From an uncultured Acidobacteriota bacterium (GTDB lineage Bacteria > Acidobacteriota > Blastocatellia > RBC074): a stretch of 64,000 nucleotides of DNA. A program made the position numbers and the translations under genes. This document shows, piece by piece, positions 19,823 to 30,795 of the stretch. Every line of letters begins with the position of its first letter. The first letter of the stretch is position 1. The stretch spans positions 544,001 to 608,000 of the forward strand of contig CAWCKY010000004.1 of NCBI GenBank assembly GCA_963796275.1, written 5' to 3'. A model generated the notes under the pieces. It did no database searches, was not told where the DNA came from, and saw only the letters and a program-made list of their open reading frames with translations.

Positions 19823-22800
19823 ATGTCAGCCCGGTATGCCCGTATTCTCTTTTCAATATTGATCAGCACGCTATTTTCAATTTTTATCGTCGCTTCGATC
19901 GCGACCATCTCCTCTGCGCAGACGACGACCGGCACGTTCCTCGGTTTCGTGACCGACGCATCGGGCGCGGCGCTCGACGGGGCCAAAGTCACGGTCACCA
20001 ATGAAGCGACTGGTTTGACGCGAAATGTGACGACTAAACCCTCAGGCGAGTATTTAATTGCGTTACTGCCCGTGGGGCGGTACACCCTGATGTTCGAGGC
20101 TCCGAACTTCAAACGGCACGTAGCCAGAGGATTGGCATTGGAGCTCGACCAGAAAGTCAAGATCGACATCAGGCTCGAGGTGGGGCAGATTACCGAATCA
20201 GTCACGAGTGACGCCGCCAACAGCGCGCCGCTAATCCATACTGAGACAGCTGAAGCCGGCGAAGTGATCGAGAACAAACGAATAGTCGAACTGCCGCTCA
20301 ATGGCCGTCTCTTTCTGCAGTTGGCCCAATTGACTCCCGGCGTCGTCGAAAACGCTCGCGGCGGGTTTGGCCAGCAACTGGCCGGCATCTTCGGGCCTCG
20401 CATCACCGTCATGGGCGCTCGTGAAAGCGATAACTACTTCACTCTGGACGGTGTCAGCGTCACCGACCGGTTCTACAACACGCTCTCAGCGCCGATAGCC
20501 GTAGACGCGATCCAGGAGTTCAAAGTCCAGTCCAATCTCTACAGCGCCCAGGCCGGGACACTCGGAGGTGGGCAGATCAACATTGCTATCAAGAGCGGCA
20601 CCAACGACCTCCATGGGTCGGTCTACGAGTTCCTGCGCAACGATGATCTCGATGCGCGAAACTTCTTCGATCGTAACGTCAAACCCGAGTTCCGGCAGAA
20701 TCAGTTTGGCGGAACTATGGGCGGGCCTGTGATCAAGGACAGAGCATTCTTCTTCGGCAACTACGAGGGATTGCGTCTGGCCAAAGCGCTAACCCGGACC
20801 TTCACAGTGCCGGCCGACAATCTGCGCAGCGGACAGTTCACAGTGCCGATCCGCGATCCATCGACCGGACTTCCATGCAGGGCGGCAACGCAGAGCGCGC
20901 CGGCTGACCTGCGCGGCTGTTTCACCGGCAATCGCATCCCTGATGATCGCATCTCCGATGTAGCCAGGGCATTGCTGCAATACATTCCACAGGTGAACCT
21001 GCCAGGCACCTCCAACAATTTCATCGGCTCACCGCAGGAAATCAACGACAACAACCAATTTACGATCAGGACCGATTACCGGTTCGGTGACGACGACACG
21101 GCTTTTGTGCGATACACATTCTTCGACGTGAGCGCCTATCAGCCCTACGGCTTCGTACAATTCGCGACCAGCCCGATCTCATTGCCTGGATTTGGCATCT
21201 TTCTCCAGCAGCGTACACAGAACGCGGCGATCGGAGAGACACACATATTTAGTTCGGCCCTCGTCGGTGAGTTTAAATTTGGGTTCAACCGGACCGCCGG
21301 AGGGCAGGTGCAAGAGAACAGCGATGTGGATTTTGCCACGCAGTTCAACATCGCCGGCATCAGCCGTGCCCCGTTCGATCGTGGGATACCGAGCATCACC
21401 ATCGCCCCGTACAACACATTCGGTGATGTGACCACTCCCCTCTCGCGACGCGATAACGATTACCAACTCAATTACAACCTATCGTGGTTCCGGGGCAGCC
21501 ACAACCTGACTTTCGGCGCGATGTACAAGCGGATTCAATTCAATCCCAACGTCAGCGCGACAAAACGCGGCCAGTTTAACTTTACCGGAGCCTATACGGG
21601 CGATGCGTTTGGCGATTTCCTGCTCGGATTGCCGTTCAATGCTCGCGGCGGCGCGGGCAGCACGCAAATTTATCTGCGCGGCAACGAATGGCATGCGTTC
21701 GTGCAGGATGACTGGAAAGCATCGAAACGATTGACGCTCAATTTCGGCCTGCGATACGAATATGCGTCGCCGTTCTCCGAAAAGTATAACCGTTGGTCCA
21801 CGCTCGACGTCGAACTCGGCCAGGTGGTCGTCGCGAGCGACGAAGATGGCCGGACCTATCCCCAGGAGTTGTGGATTCCAGGTATCGTAGGACGGCTTTC
21901 GCCATTGCCCATTGTCACTTCCGAAGCTGCCGGGTTGGATCGGTCGCTGGCCATCAAAGACTTGAACAACTTCGCACCGCGCTTCGGCTTCGCTCTGGAT
22001 CTTTTCGGCAATCAGAAGACCGTTATGCGCGGCGGATATGGCATCTTTTATAATGCCGCATCATACAATTCACTGACGTTGCAAAGCCTGGCCGCGCCTT
22101 TCTTCAGCTCTATCAATGCCAACAATTCGGCGACCGCGCCCGCACCGATCACGACCATCCTGAGCAACCCGATGCTGGGTACCCCAGGCTGGGCTTCGTA
22201 TAACATCAACTTCCGCACGCCCTACTTCCAGCAGTGGAACTTCGGCCTCCAGCGACTGCTCGCTCGAGGCCTGCTGGTCGAGGCGCAGTATCTGGGGTCG
22301 AAAGGCACGAAGCTCTATACCAATATCTTCTACAACGTACCCGATCCGTCGCCGACGAACACGCCCTCGATCTCGGCGCGATCGCGTTTCCCGAACCTGG
22401 GCAATAATTCATTGCAGGCATCGGCGGGTAAGTCGAATTACCACGCGCTGGTGCTGCGCGCCGAGAAGCGGCTCTCGGCCGGGCTGATGATGATGGGCAG
22501 CTACACCTTCTCGAAGAGCATCGACCTGGATTCGCTCGCCGCCTCGGTCGCGTCATCGAATCTCGACCAGAGCAACATGAAGAGCCTCGAACGCGCTCGC
22601 TCGAGTTTCGATGCGCGACACCGGTTCGTTGCCAGTTTCACCTACGACCTGCCACTCAAATTCAAGAGCAGGCTGCTCGGTGGTCTGCTCGGCAATTGGC
22701 AGGCGGGCGGCATTATCACTCAGCAGTCGGGGCTTCCGTTCACGGTCAATATCACCAGCGATCGCGCCAACAACGGCCTGCTCAACCAGCGACCCAATCT

Positions 22801-23158
22801 GGTCGGCGACCCGAACTTGCCCGGCGACCAGCGCACACCCGAACGTTGGTTCAACACCGCCGCTTTCGCCGTGCAACCAGCCGGTACTCTCGGCACCGCG
22901 GGCCGCAACATTCTGGAAGCTCCAGGGACAAGTATCGTGGACTTCTCGTTGCTCAAAAACATTCCGTTGAGTGATCGCCACAGGCTGCAATTCCGGGCGG
23001 AGTTTTTCAATCTTTTCAATCATGCGAACTTCGACTTTCCCGAACGATTTTGCGCAGGTACGATCACAGGCGCGCCTTGCACCGCACCGCAGTTCGGACG
23101 CATCGGCGCGGCACGCGATCCGCGCATACTGCAGTTCGGATTGAAGTTTCTGTTCTGA
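19823..23158 (+). CDS. TonB-dependent receptor (paralog B, close homolog of 14639..17902)
   Basis: RBS AGGAG before ATG 19823; long peptide stretches identical to paralog A, e.g. QPYGFVQFATSP and FTVNITSDRANNGLLNQRPNL. Confidence 0.95.
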   Translation: MSARYARILFSILISTLFSIFIVASIATISSAQTTTGTFLGFVTDASGAALDGAKVTVTNEATGLTRNVTTKPSGEYLIALLPVGRYTLMFEAPNFKRHVARGLALELDQKVKIDIRLEVGQITESVTSDAANSAPLIHTETAEAGEVIENKRIVELPLNGRLFLQLAQLTPGVVENARGGFGQQLAGIFGPRITVMGARESDNYFTLDGVSVTDRFYNTLSAPIAVDAIQEFKVQSNLYSAQAGTLGGGQINIAIKSGTNDLHGSVYEFLRNDDLDARNFFDRNVKPEFRQNQFGGTMGGPVIKDRAFFFGNYEGLRLAKALTRTFTVPADNLRSGQFTVPIRDPSTGLPCRAATQSAPADLRGCFTGNRIPDDRISDVARALLQYIPQVNLPGTSNNFIGSPQEINDNNQFTIRTDYRFGDDDTAFVRYTFFDVSAYQPYGFVQFATSPISLPGFGIFLQQRTQNAAIGETHIFSSALVGEFKFGFNRTAGGQVQENSDVDFATQFNIAGISRAPFDRGIPSITIAPYNTFGDVTTPLSRRDNDYQLNYNLSWFRGSHNLTFGAMYKRIQFNPNVSATKRGQFNFTGAYTGDAFGDFLLGLPFNARGGAGSTQIYLRGNEWHAFVQDDWKASKRLTLNFGLRYEYASPFSEKYNRWSTLDVELGQVVVASDEDGRTYPQELWIPGIVGRLSPLPIVTSEAAGLDRSLAIKDLNNFAPRFGFALDLFGNQKTVMRGGYGIFYNAASYNSLTLQSLAAPFFSSINANNSATAPAPITTILSNPMLGTPGWASYNINFRTPYFQQWNFGLQRLLARGLLVEAQYLGSKGTKLYTNIFYNVPDPSPTNTPSISARSRFPNLGNNSLQASAGKSNYHALVLRAEKRLSAGLMMMGSYTFSKSIDLDSLAASVASSNLDQSNMKSLERARSSFDARHRFVASFTYDLPLKFKSRLLGGLLGNWQAGGIITQQSGLPFTVNITSDRANNGLLNQRPNLVGDPNLPGDQRTPERWFNTAAFAVQPAGTLGTAGRNILEAPGTSIVDFSLLKNIPLSDRHRLQFRAEFFNLFNHANFDFPERFCAGTITGAPCTAPQFGRIGAARDPRILQFGLKFLF

Positions 23159-23256
23159 AACAGATGCGTGCGCGATGCTGCAAGCGAATTCAAACAAGAT
23201 GACTCCTTAAAGCGGCAATCTCGGGTTCGAGAACGATTCGACTAAAATTCTCCACG

Positions 23257-23672
23257 TAATATGAAATGACGCTCCGCTGATGTACGCTGGTGAAAGCCAA
23301 TTCCCCCGCGAATCAACGCAAAACCGGAGCGCCCAATGGAAAATATCAAGTATGTAGGCATGGATATTCACAAAACAATCACGGTCATTGCGGTCTTGAA
23401 TGTGCGTGGCCAAATGGAGAGCCATTCAAAGGTCAAAACGAAAGCCGAGAACCTCTGTGACTTCTTCGTGGCCAAGTCGAGGCCGTCTTTGAAGAAGGTA
23501 CGCAATCGGCCTGGCTCTACAAATTGCTCAAACCGTTGGTATCGTCGTGACGGTCTGCAATCCGCGTCACAACAAACCGATCAACGACGAGAAAAAATCC
23601 AATGATGAAGACGCCGAGGCTCTCGCGCAACTCCTGCGGCTCGGAGCGGTCAAGACCATCTGCCGTCTCTGA
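23257..23672 (+). mobile_element. Truncated, frameshifted IS110-family (IS1111-like) element
   Basis: YVGMDIHK; in other frames FEEGTQSAWL, VTVCNP and KSNDEDAEALAQLLR (DEDD RuvC domain); upstream CGCTCCG/CGGAGCG inverted repeat; no C-terminal Tnp domain. Confidence 0.85.
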
Positions 23673-23898
23673 CATCGTTCACAAGTGAAGTAGAAACTTT
23701 TTCCGTCGGGAAGAGACAATTCCATTGTGAAACAGCTTATAGGATTTCATCACGTCGACGATTCGTCATGTGGATCGTTATTTGAGGCTCAGGTAAAATG
23801 GGAGTTGCCTTAAAACTCGGTCAATAACTACTGTTTTCCCTTTGGAAAGGACTCCCCCCTATGAAGCGAGTTGCTGAAGTCGGTATACTGATGATCGC

Positions 23899-24321
23899 CT
23901 TTTAAATGTAATCTTCGCCGTCGATGGCACTGTCGCCTCAATTAAAGTGGTGCGTGGATTACCTGATGGGCTGAATGAGAAAGCGATTGAGGCCACCAAG
24001 AAAATCAGATTCAGGCCGGCCATCAAGGACGGCAAGCCCGTCGGCGTTCGTGCAAATCTGGAATACTCGTTTGACCTCGGTCTCAATCTTCCTTCGCCGA
24101 GACTGCTCTTACCACCGCATAACGATGTCATCACAACTGGACTCCATAAAACGACGCTCCACTGGGATCCGGTTCCCTTGGCTACTAGCTATAGGATTCG
24201 ACTTGAGAAGGAATCTCAAAAACCCGGCAAATGGACGCTTGATCATGAATCCAGGATTCGTCGCGTACGAATAAATCTGCAGCAACCTCAGCAATTGATG
24301 CCGAGAGGCGTTAAGCACTGA
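23899..24321 (+). pseudogene. TonB C-terminal domain fragment fused to a short beta-rich segment
   Basis: VIFAVDGTVASIKVVRGLPDGLNEKAIEATKKIRFRPAIKDGKPV is a TonB_C signature; no clear start or N-terminal anchor. Confidence 0.7.
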
Positions 24322-24401
24322 TTTGCCATATTGAGATGAATCTCATCTGTGCGCGAGTGTTCCGTTGATGCCGAGATGAGAGCTTTTTTGATCGTCGCAT
24401 A

Positions 24402-24689
24402 TTATCCCCCCATTTCTTTCATCACCCGCAGGAATCGAAGGCGGCTGGACAGGGCGATCTTCTCCCTGCCTTTCGACTTGGACGGCGCCTTTGTCGCCTG
24501 CTCTACCATCCATTCGGCTCCCGGCGGGACGCTGAGCGGTCGAGCGGGATTGGTCGTGCGGACCAGTTCGATAATGAGCACGGGCACGGACTCGCTTGGA
24601 AATTGGGGTTCTGCTTGTTTGATCGGGATGATCTCTACATCCGGCTGAAGTAGGACGATTTGAACGTCCGCCTCGATATTGTGGGGCAT
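24402..24689 (-). CDS. Hypothetical small protein
   Basis: 95-aa ORF with ATG and a purine-rich upstream sequence; no recognisable motif. Confidence 0.4.
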   Translation of the reverse strand: MPHNIEADVQIVLLQPDVEIIPIKQAEPQFPSESVPVLIIELVRTTNPARPLSVPPGAEWMVEQATKAPSKSKGREKIALSSRLRFLRVMKEMGG

Positions 24690-24950
24690 ATGGAGGATTT
24701 CCTTTCAAATTTATCGAAATTCGATCTTATCTCTAAATTCTCATCAATAGCAACCCCAGAAACCTTCTGGAAAAATTCCTAACCGCGATCGGCTCTATAC
24801 TGTTGAGACCGATCTTTTTTCCATCTTTTGCGTTTGCGGATGGGCTGACGTAAACTTGCGCCTGATTGTTACAAGGTGGAGAATTCTCCCGGTAATATTT
24901 ACCGAAAATCACGAAGCCAGAACGTACTTAGCATTCGGAGTAATCTAAAA

Positions 24951-25442
24951 ATGAATATATCCTCGACTATTTGCCGCCTTACTTTGATCGCCGCAATCTC
25001 GGCCCTGATGCTCGCGTGCTCGAAACCGAGCGCTTCCGATAATCAGGTGAATGCCGCCCCGGTTACCGCGGCCAATTCAACACCTGCATTGCCGGCGCAG
25101 AATCTTGAAGACAAAATATCGCGTATCAAGGCCGATGAAGCGAAGAAGCTCGTGGCGGAGAACCAGGCGATCATTATCGATGTGCGTGGCACCGATGCTT
25201 TTAAACTAACTCACATCAAAGGCGCGCTCGACGTTCCACTCAAAAAGCTCGAAGCGGGCGATTTCACCGGATTGCCGAAAGATAAGGCCATCATCGCCTA
25301 CTGCACCTGCGGCGCCGAGCAGACGAGTTCTCGCGCGGCGGTCTTGCTCGAAAAAGCCGGATTCAAGAACACATCCGCACTTCTCGGCGGCCTGCATGCC
25401 TGGGAGTCAGCCGGCGGCCAGATTGAAAAATCCGCCCCATAA
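24951..25442 (+). CDS. Rhodanese-like domain lipoprotein
   Basis: Lipobox LMLAC; IIDVR...HIKGA; active loop YCTCGAEQTSSRA; LLGGLHAW. Confidence 0.9.
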   Translation: MNISSTICRLTLIAAISALMLACSKPSASDNQVNAAPVTAANSTPALPAQNLEDKISRIKADEAKKLVAENQAIIIDVRGTDAFKLTHIKGALDVPLKKLEAGDFTGLPKDKAIIAYCTCGAEQTSSRAAVLLEKAGFKNTSALLGGLHAWESAGGQIEKSAP

Positions 25443-25446
25443 CCTG

Positions 25447-26268
25447 CTAGGCCTCTCGAATGGTCTCCCGATATTGTGAGGGCGCCAACCCGGTCGAGCG
25501 TTTAAACGTCCTGGTGAAATGGCTCTGATCGCAAAATCCCGCTGCCAGCGCGATGTCCACAATCGGTTTCTCTGAAGTGGCGAGTTCGCGACAGGCGTAT
25601 TCGATGCGCAGTTGGCGCATATATTCGCCGACCGTGCAGCTATATGTCTTATGGAACATCTGGGCGAGGTGAACGGGATGTACACCTACTACCCGGGCGA
25701 CCTCCGACAGTGTGAGGTTTTCCGCGAACCGCGCGTGGAGCAGTTCTCTCGCCTGCTGAAGCCAGCGAGGCGGTTGATTGGCCGCGCTTTGAGAGTATTG
25801 CCGTGATGCCTCTCCCAGCATCTCCAGCAAAAGCCCTTCGATGACGATGCCCGAGACATCGTCCATCCTGACAAACTCTTTGTAGAGCTTTCTCGCCAGC
25901 AACTCGAGGCTCCCGCCGTAAAAATTAGCAGGATTATCTGCCACTTTCAGCTGCTCGCGGATACGCTGGAACCAGACCGGTTCGATCTCTATCAGAAAAG
26001 ATCGACCGCCGGAGTCGTGGAAATACTCCGCGTGCAATTCATCAGGCGGATGGAAGAGCAAGCTCGATGACCGGCATTCCCGCATCTTCCCGCCGTACTC
26101 TTCCGTGTAATCGCCATCCATCACGAAACAGAACAATGCCTGTTTGTGCGAATGCTTCGGTGTCTGAAAACGTGCCGGATAGATGCGCTCTGAAAGCTCA
26201 AAGTTCGGAAGCTTGCTGCTTCTTAATGTCTCGCCATAAAAGGAGCCCGGAGGCAATTGTACTGCCAT
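25447..26268 (-). CDS. AraC family transcriptional regulator
   Basis: N-terminal cupin HSH; C-terminal GVHPVHLAQMF...IALAAGFCDQSHFTRTFK; divergent from the peptidase gene. Confidence 0.94.
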   Translation of the reverse strand: MAVQLPPGSFYGETLRSSKLPNFELSERIYPARFQTPKHSHKQALFCFVMDGDYTEEYGGKMRECRSSSLLFHPPDELHAEYFHDSGGRSFLIEIEPVWFQRIREQLKVADNPANFYGGSLELLARKLYKEFVRMDDVSGIVIEGLLLEMLGEASRQYSQSAANQPPRWLQQARELLHARFAENLTLSEVARVVGVHPVHLAQMFHKTYSCTVGEYMRQLRIEYACRELATSEKPIVDIALAAGFCDQSHFTRTFKRSTGLAPSQYRETIREA

Positions 26269-26521
26269 TGAAGTATCTCCTTTTAATCTTAGTCTCTGGA
26301 CTGGATATAAATGTACTTTTTCTGGCTATTGTATACAGTATGCTGATTGAAAGTGTCAAAGAATTATAAGCATATTCAAGCGGCCTTATAAAAATACAAG
26401 ACAGACAGCTATGGAATTGGCCAATTTGGCATATGAAGAATGAAGTATTCAGTTTGGGCCGAAATATCTTTGGCCCTTTAATGAAAACTGAAAACTGAAA
26501 TCTATTGGTAGAGGAGACCCG

Positions 26522-29020
26522 ATGAGACCCAAACAGTTAATCCCGCATCTATGCTTGCTTTGCCTCCTGCTCCTGCTTCCGGCGTCTGCCGGCGCGCAGG
26601 GCACGCAGGGCACGCAGGGCACGCAGGCCGACTACGAACGCGCCCGCGGCTTGCGCGACAAGCTGCAGGGGCTGGCGGTCAACATTCCGGAAAGAGCCAA
26701 CTGGGTTGAGCAAACCAGCCGGTTCTGGTACCGCAAATCGGTTAAGGGCGGGAACGAATTCGTGATGGTCGATGCTGAAACGCTCGCCAAAAAACCGGCA
26801 TTCGACCACGAACGGCTCGCTGCAGCGCTCTCCCAGGCGGCCGAAGAGAAATATACCGCGGTGACGCTTCCCTTCAGCACTATCACTTTTGTTGAGGATG
26901 AACGCGCCCTTGAATTTGTCACCAAAGGCTCGATCTGGAAATGCAATCTCTCGGATTATAACTGCGCGAAGCAGCGCCCCGCGCCCGCCGATCAATTAGG
27001 TCGACAACGTCGCCCGCCCGACGCGGAATACCCGGATGAGTTCGGCAATGACGTCTTCGACGGGATGGTGATAAGTGATTCTCCGTCGGCGGCAGACACC
27101 AGCTCTCCCCTACAACGGGGGCAAGGGCAGGGGCAGGGGCAGGGGCAGGGGCAGGGGCAACGTCAAGGCCGGCAAGGGTCCCAGGCGGATGCGGAACAGG
27201 AGTCGAAGACATCTCCCGACGGCAAATGGGAGGCCTTCATCCGCAACTATAATGTCTTCCTGCGAGCGAAGGGCGAGAGCGCTGAGGTTCCACTGAGCTT
27301 CGATGGTTCGGAGGGAAATTACTATACGCTTGCCTCTCTCGCCTGGTCGCCCGATTCCAGGCGACTGGCAGCTTATCGCGTTCGCCCCGGCTATCGCCGT
27401 CAAGTCCATTACATCGAATCATCGCCATCGGACCAGCTTCAGCCCAAGCATTCGACTCGCGATTACGCCAAGCCGGGTGACACGCTCGATGTCGCTCAGC
27501 CGGTGCTCTTCGAGGTCGAGACGAAGAAACAGGTGATCATCGACAACAGTCTGTTCTCAAACCCTTTCAGCCTATCGAACCCGGTCTGGCGGAAGGACGG
27601 CCGGGCTTTCACTTTCGAATACAATCAGCGCGGACACCAGGTCTACCGGGTGATCGAAGTCGGTGCGGCAACAGGAAAAGCGAGAGCCGTGGTTTCGGAT
27701 GAATCCCAGACTTTCTTCTCCTATCGCGCATTATCCGGGAACCTGCGGGAGTCCGGCAGCAAATACCGCTATGACATCGATGATGGCAATGAAATGATCT
27801 GGATGTCGGAGCGCGACGGGTGGCGCCATCTGTACCTCTATGACGGGATCACGGGCAAGGTGAAGAACCGGATAACCAAGGGAGACTGGGTTGTCCGCGC
27901 GGTCGAGAAGGTTGATGAGGCGAGGCGCCAGATATGGTTCCAGGCGAGCGGAATGTATCCCGGCAAGGATCCCTACTTCACCCACTATTACCGAATAAAT
28001 TTCGACGGAACCGGTCTCACGGCTTTCACGGAGGCCGACGGATATCATGCGGTGAGTTTCTCGACCGATATGAAGTACTACGTCGACACGTGGTCGCGCG
28101 TCGACCTTCCGCCGGTAAGCCAGCTCCGGCGCACGGAAGACAAGAAACTCGTGCTTGAACTCGAAAAAGGCGATATTTCGGCGCTGCAGGCGGCAGGCTG
28201 GCGGGCGCCCGAAGTCTTCGTGGCGATGGGGCGAGACGGGAAAACCGAAATTTGGGGGGTCATTCACAGGCCGACCAATTTCGATCCGTCCCTTAAGTAC
28301 CCGGTCATCGAGGCTATCTATGCGGGGCCGCAAGGTTCATTCGTGCCCAAGACATTCAGCGGGTCGGCGCAGACCCTGGCGGAGTTGGGGTTCATCGTCG
28401 CGCAGATCGATGGAATGGGGACGAATAACAGGTCGAAGGCTTTTCACGACATATGCTGGAAGAACCTCGGCGATGCCGGGTTCCCCGACCGGATACTTTG
28501 GCACAAAGCGGTGGCTGCCAAGTATCCATACTATGACGTCAGCCGGGTCGGCATCTACGGTGGCTCCGCCGGGGGACAGAATTCAACCGGAGCGCTGCTC
28601 TTTCATCCGGAATTTTATAAAGCCGCCTTCTCTTCCGTGGGCTGTCATGACAACCGAATGGATAAGATATGGTGGAACGAACAGTGGATGGGATGGCCGC
28701 TCGGTCCGCACTATTCGGCCTCATCGAACGTCGACAACGCCGACCGGCTTAAAGGGCAACTCCTGCTCGTCGTCGGCGAGATGGACACGAACGTAGACCC
28801 ATCATCGACGATGCAGGTAGTCAATGCGTTGATCAAGGCCGATAAGACGTTCGATCTGCTCGTCATTCCCGGAGCCGGCCACGGATCGGGAGGCGAATAT
28901 GGCGAGAGGAAGCGCAATGATTTCTTCGTCCATCATCTGCTGAGCGTCGAGCCGCCCGATTGGAACAAGGCGGAGAAGAAAACTAATCCGCAGGCGGCTT
29001 CAATACAGGAGCAGCGATGA
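26522..29020 (+). CDS. S9 family dipeptidyl peptidase IV-like serine peptidase, exported
   Basis: Signal peptide; DPPIV_N propeller; GIYGGSAGG nucleophile, DTNVD Asp, GAGHG His. Confidence 0.94.
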   Translation: MRPKQLIPHLCLLCLLLLLPASAGAQGTQGTQGTQADYERARGLRDKLQGLAVNIPERANWVEQTSRFWYRKSVKGGNEFVMVDAETLAKKPAFDHERLAAALSQAAEEKYTAVTLPFSTITFVEDERALEFVTKGSIWKCNLSDYNCAKQRPAPADQLGRQRRPPDAEYPDEFGNDVFDGMVISDSPSAADTSSPLQRGQGQGQGQGQGQGQRQGRQGSQADAEQESKTSPDGKWEAFIRNYNVFLRAKGESAEVPLSFDGSEGNYYTLASLAWSPDSRRLAAYRVRPGYRRQVHYIESSPSDQLQPKHSTRDYAKPGDTLDVAQPVLFEVETKKQVIIDNSLFSNPFSLSNPVWRKDGRAFTFEYNQRGHQVYRVIEVGAATGKARAVVSDESQTFFSYRALSGNLRESGSKYRYDIDDGNEMIWMSERDGWRHLYLYDGITGKVKNRITKGDWVVRAVEKVDEARRQIWFQASGMYPGKDPYFTHYYRINFDGTGLTAFTEADGYHAVSFSTDMKYYVDTWSRVDLPPVSQLRRTEDKKLVLELEKGDISALQAAGWRAPEVFVAMGRDGKTEIWGVIHRPTNFDPSLKYPVIEAIYAGPQGSFVPKTFSGSAQTLAELGFIVAQIDGMGTNNRSKAFHDICWKNLGDAGFPDRILWHKAVAAKYPYYDVSRVGIYGGSAGGQNSTGALLFHPEFYKAAFSSVGCHDNRMDKIWWNEQWMGWPLGPHYSASSNVDNADRLKGQLLLVVGEMDTNVDPSSTMQVVNALIKADKTFDLLVIPGAGHGSGGEYGERKRNDFFVHHLLSVEPPDWNKAEKKTNPQAASIQEQR

Positions 29021-29279
29021 ATTTGAAACAAGCGACTGGTTCCGAGGGTTCCGGTTCATGATATCGGTCGCTGCGCGGTCCGCCTGTTATGAATGTTGTA
29101 AAAAAGCTAACGCCCTGTCTGAACAGTCCACGCAGGGCGTGGCGGCGGATGTCACGGATTGAATCTAATACATACGCTGCGATCGTATCAATCCGAGGTA
29201 TATCTCGACACAATCGGATTCAAAAGATGATAATATCTCGTCGGAATAGGCCAAGCACTTGCTGAGGGTGAAGAGGTCA

Positions 29280-29996
29280 ATGAATACACAAATCGATGGG
29301 GATTTAAATTCTCACTTGGAGATCCCGCGGCAATCGCTGACTTCGGCTGTTGCCGACAGATTGCGCAACAAAATACTTCGCGGAGTTTTCGGCGAGGGCG
29401 ACCAGTTGAGGCAACACGCCATCGCGGCGGAATTCGGGGTGAGCCGAATCCCGGTGCGCGAAGCGTTCCGTCAACTCGAAGCCGAAGGTTTGATCAAGAT
29501 CATCGATCATCGAGGGGCCGTGGTCGTGACCCTATCGCCGGATGAGATCGAAGAGCTCTTCGACATCAGGGCGGCTCTCGAATGTGTGACGCTGCGACAG
29601 GCCGTACCGCGGTTGACCGAAGCTGATTTCGCGCGCGCAGAAACGGCCCTGGAAGCCTACGAGCAAGCGCTAAGCGACGAAGCGGACATCGATGTCTGGG
29701 GGGAAATCCACTGGCAGTTCCATTCGACTCTCTATGGGGCATCCAACCGGGCGCGTTTCCTCTCGCTCATCCAGACCATCAACAACAACGCTGACCGTTA
29801 TATCCGACTCCATATCCTCTACTCGCGCGACGCTCACCGCCACACCAAGGACGAACACTGGGCAATTCTCGAACTCTGTCGCAGGAGAGATGTGGAAGGG
29901 GCCAGCCGGCTGCTGGAACATCACATCACGAAAGCGGGCCGCGAGATGAAAGAGTTCATCAAGAGAAAGAAGACGGTTTTACCCAGGGCAGAATAA
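29280..29996 (+). CDS. GntR family regulator (FCD domain)
   Basis: GVSRIPVREAFRQLEAEGL wHTH; FHSTLY and EHWAIL FCD motifs. Confidence 0.93.
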   Translation: MNTQIDGDLNSHLEIPRQSLTSAVADRLRNKILRGVFGEGDQLRQHAIAAEFGVSRIPVREAFRQLEAEGLIKIIDHRGAVVVTLSPDEIEELFDIRAALECVTLRQAVPRLTEADFARAETALEAYEQALSDEADIDVWGEIHWQFHSTLYGASNRARFLSLIQTINNNADRYIRLHILYSRDAHRHTKDEHWAILELCRRRDVEGASRLLEHHITKAGREMKEFIKRKKTVLPRAE

Positions 29997-30003
29997 GCAA
30001 GTT

Positions 30004-30795
30004 ATGAACCGGAAAGATTCACCAACTTCACCACGCTTCGAGAAGATACTTCAGGAGCTCCTGGGTAACGGTGAGGTCATGGTCGACAATCTGGCCAGGC
30101 GCCTTAATGTTTCATCGGCGACGATCAGGCGCGATCTGAACGAACTCGAACAGCAGGGACTTCTGCGCCGGACTCACGGCGGCGCGGTCCCCGTCGCGCC
30201 GATGCTCTATGAGCCATTCCGGCACGTTTCATCATTCCAGGAGCAGGAAGAGAGATGCACAGCGGAGAAACGGCGAATCGGGATATTGGCCGCCAGCCTC
30301 ATCTCGGATGGCGATATCATAGCGATCGGAGCCGGGACCACGACGACGCAGCTGGCGCGCAGCATCCGTCACCGCAAAGGCATCACGGTGCTGACCAATG
30401 CCATCAACATCGCCATGGAGCTGAGCCATCTGGTCGATATCAAGGTATGTATGACCGGGGGTATTCTAAGCGGCGACTGGTTCGCGCTTGTCGGTGATGG
30501 GGCACAACGCTTTGCGAGCGAGATATTTGTCGACAAGGCTTTTATCGGGGTCGACGGGATACACGCTGATCACGGGTTGACGACCAATTACTCGGATCAG
30601 GCGGCGGTTCATCGAGTCATGCTCCAACAGGCCCGCCAGAGGATCGTAGTCGCCGACCACCGCAAAGTCGGCGTCGTCGGCTCGACGCTCATTTGGCCCG
30701 CCGCCGAGGTCGAGACGGTGATCACAGACCAGGCCACAACTGAGGCGGAGATAGCGCCTTTCGTTTCAAAAAACATACAAGTTCTGCTCGCCTGA
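30004..30795 (+). CDS. DeoR/GlpR family regulator
   Basis: VSSATIRRDLNELE..RRTHGGA; GAGTTT; VVADHRK. Confidence 0.94.
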   Translation: MNRKDSPTSPRFEKILQELLGNGEVMVDNLARRLNVSSATIRRDLNELEQQGLLRRTHGGAVPVAPMLYEPFRHVSSFQEQEERCTAEKRRIGILAASLISDGDIIAIGAGTTTTQLARSIRHRKGITVLTNAINIAMELSHLVDIKVCMTGGILSGDWFALVGDGAQRFASEIFVDKAFIGVDGIHADHGLTTNYSDQAAVHRVMLQQARQRIVVADHRKVGVVGSTLIWPAAEVETVITDQATTEAEIAPFVSKNIQVLLA

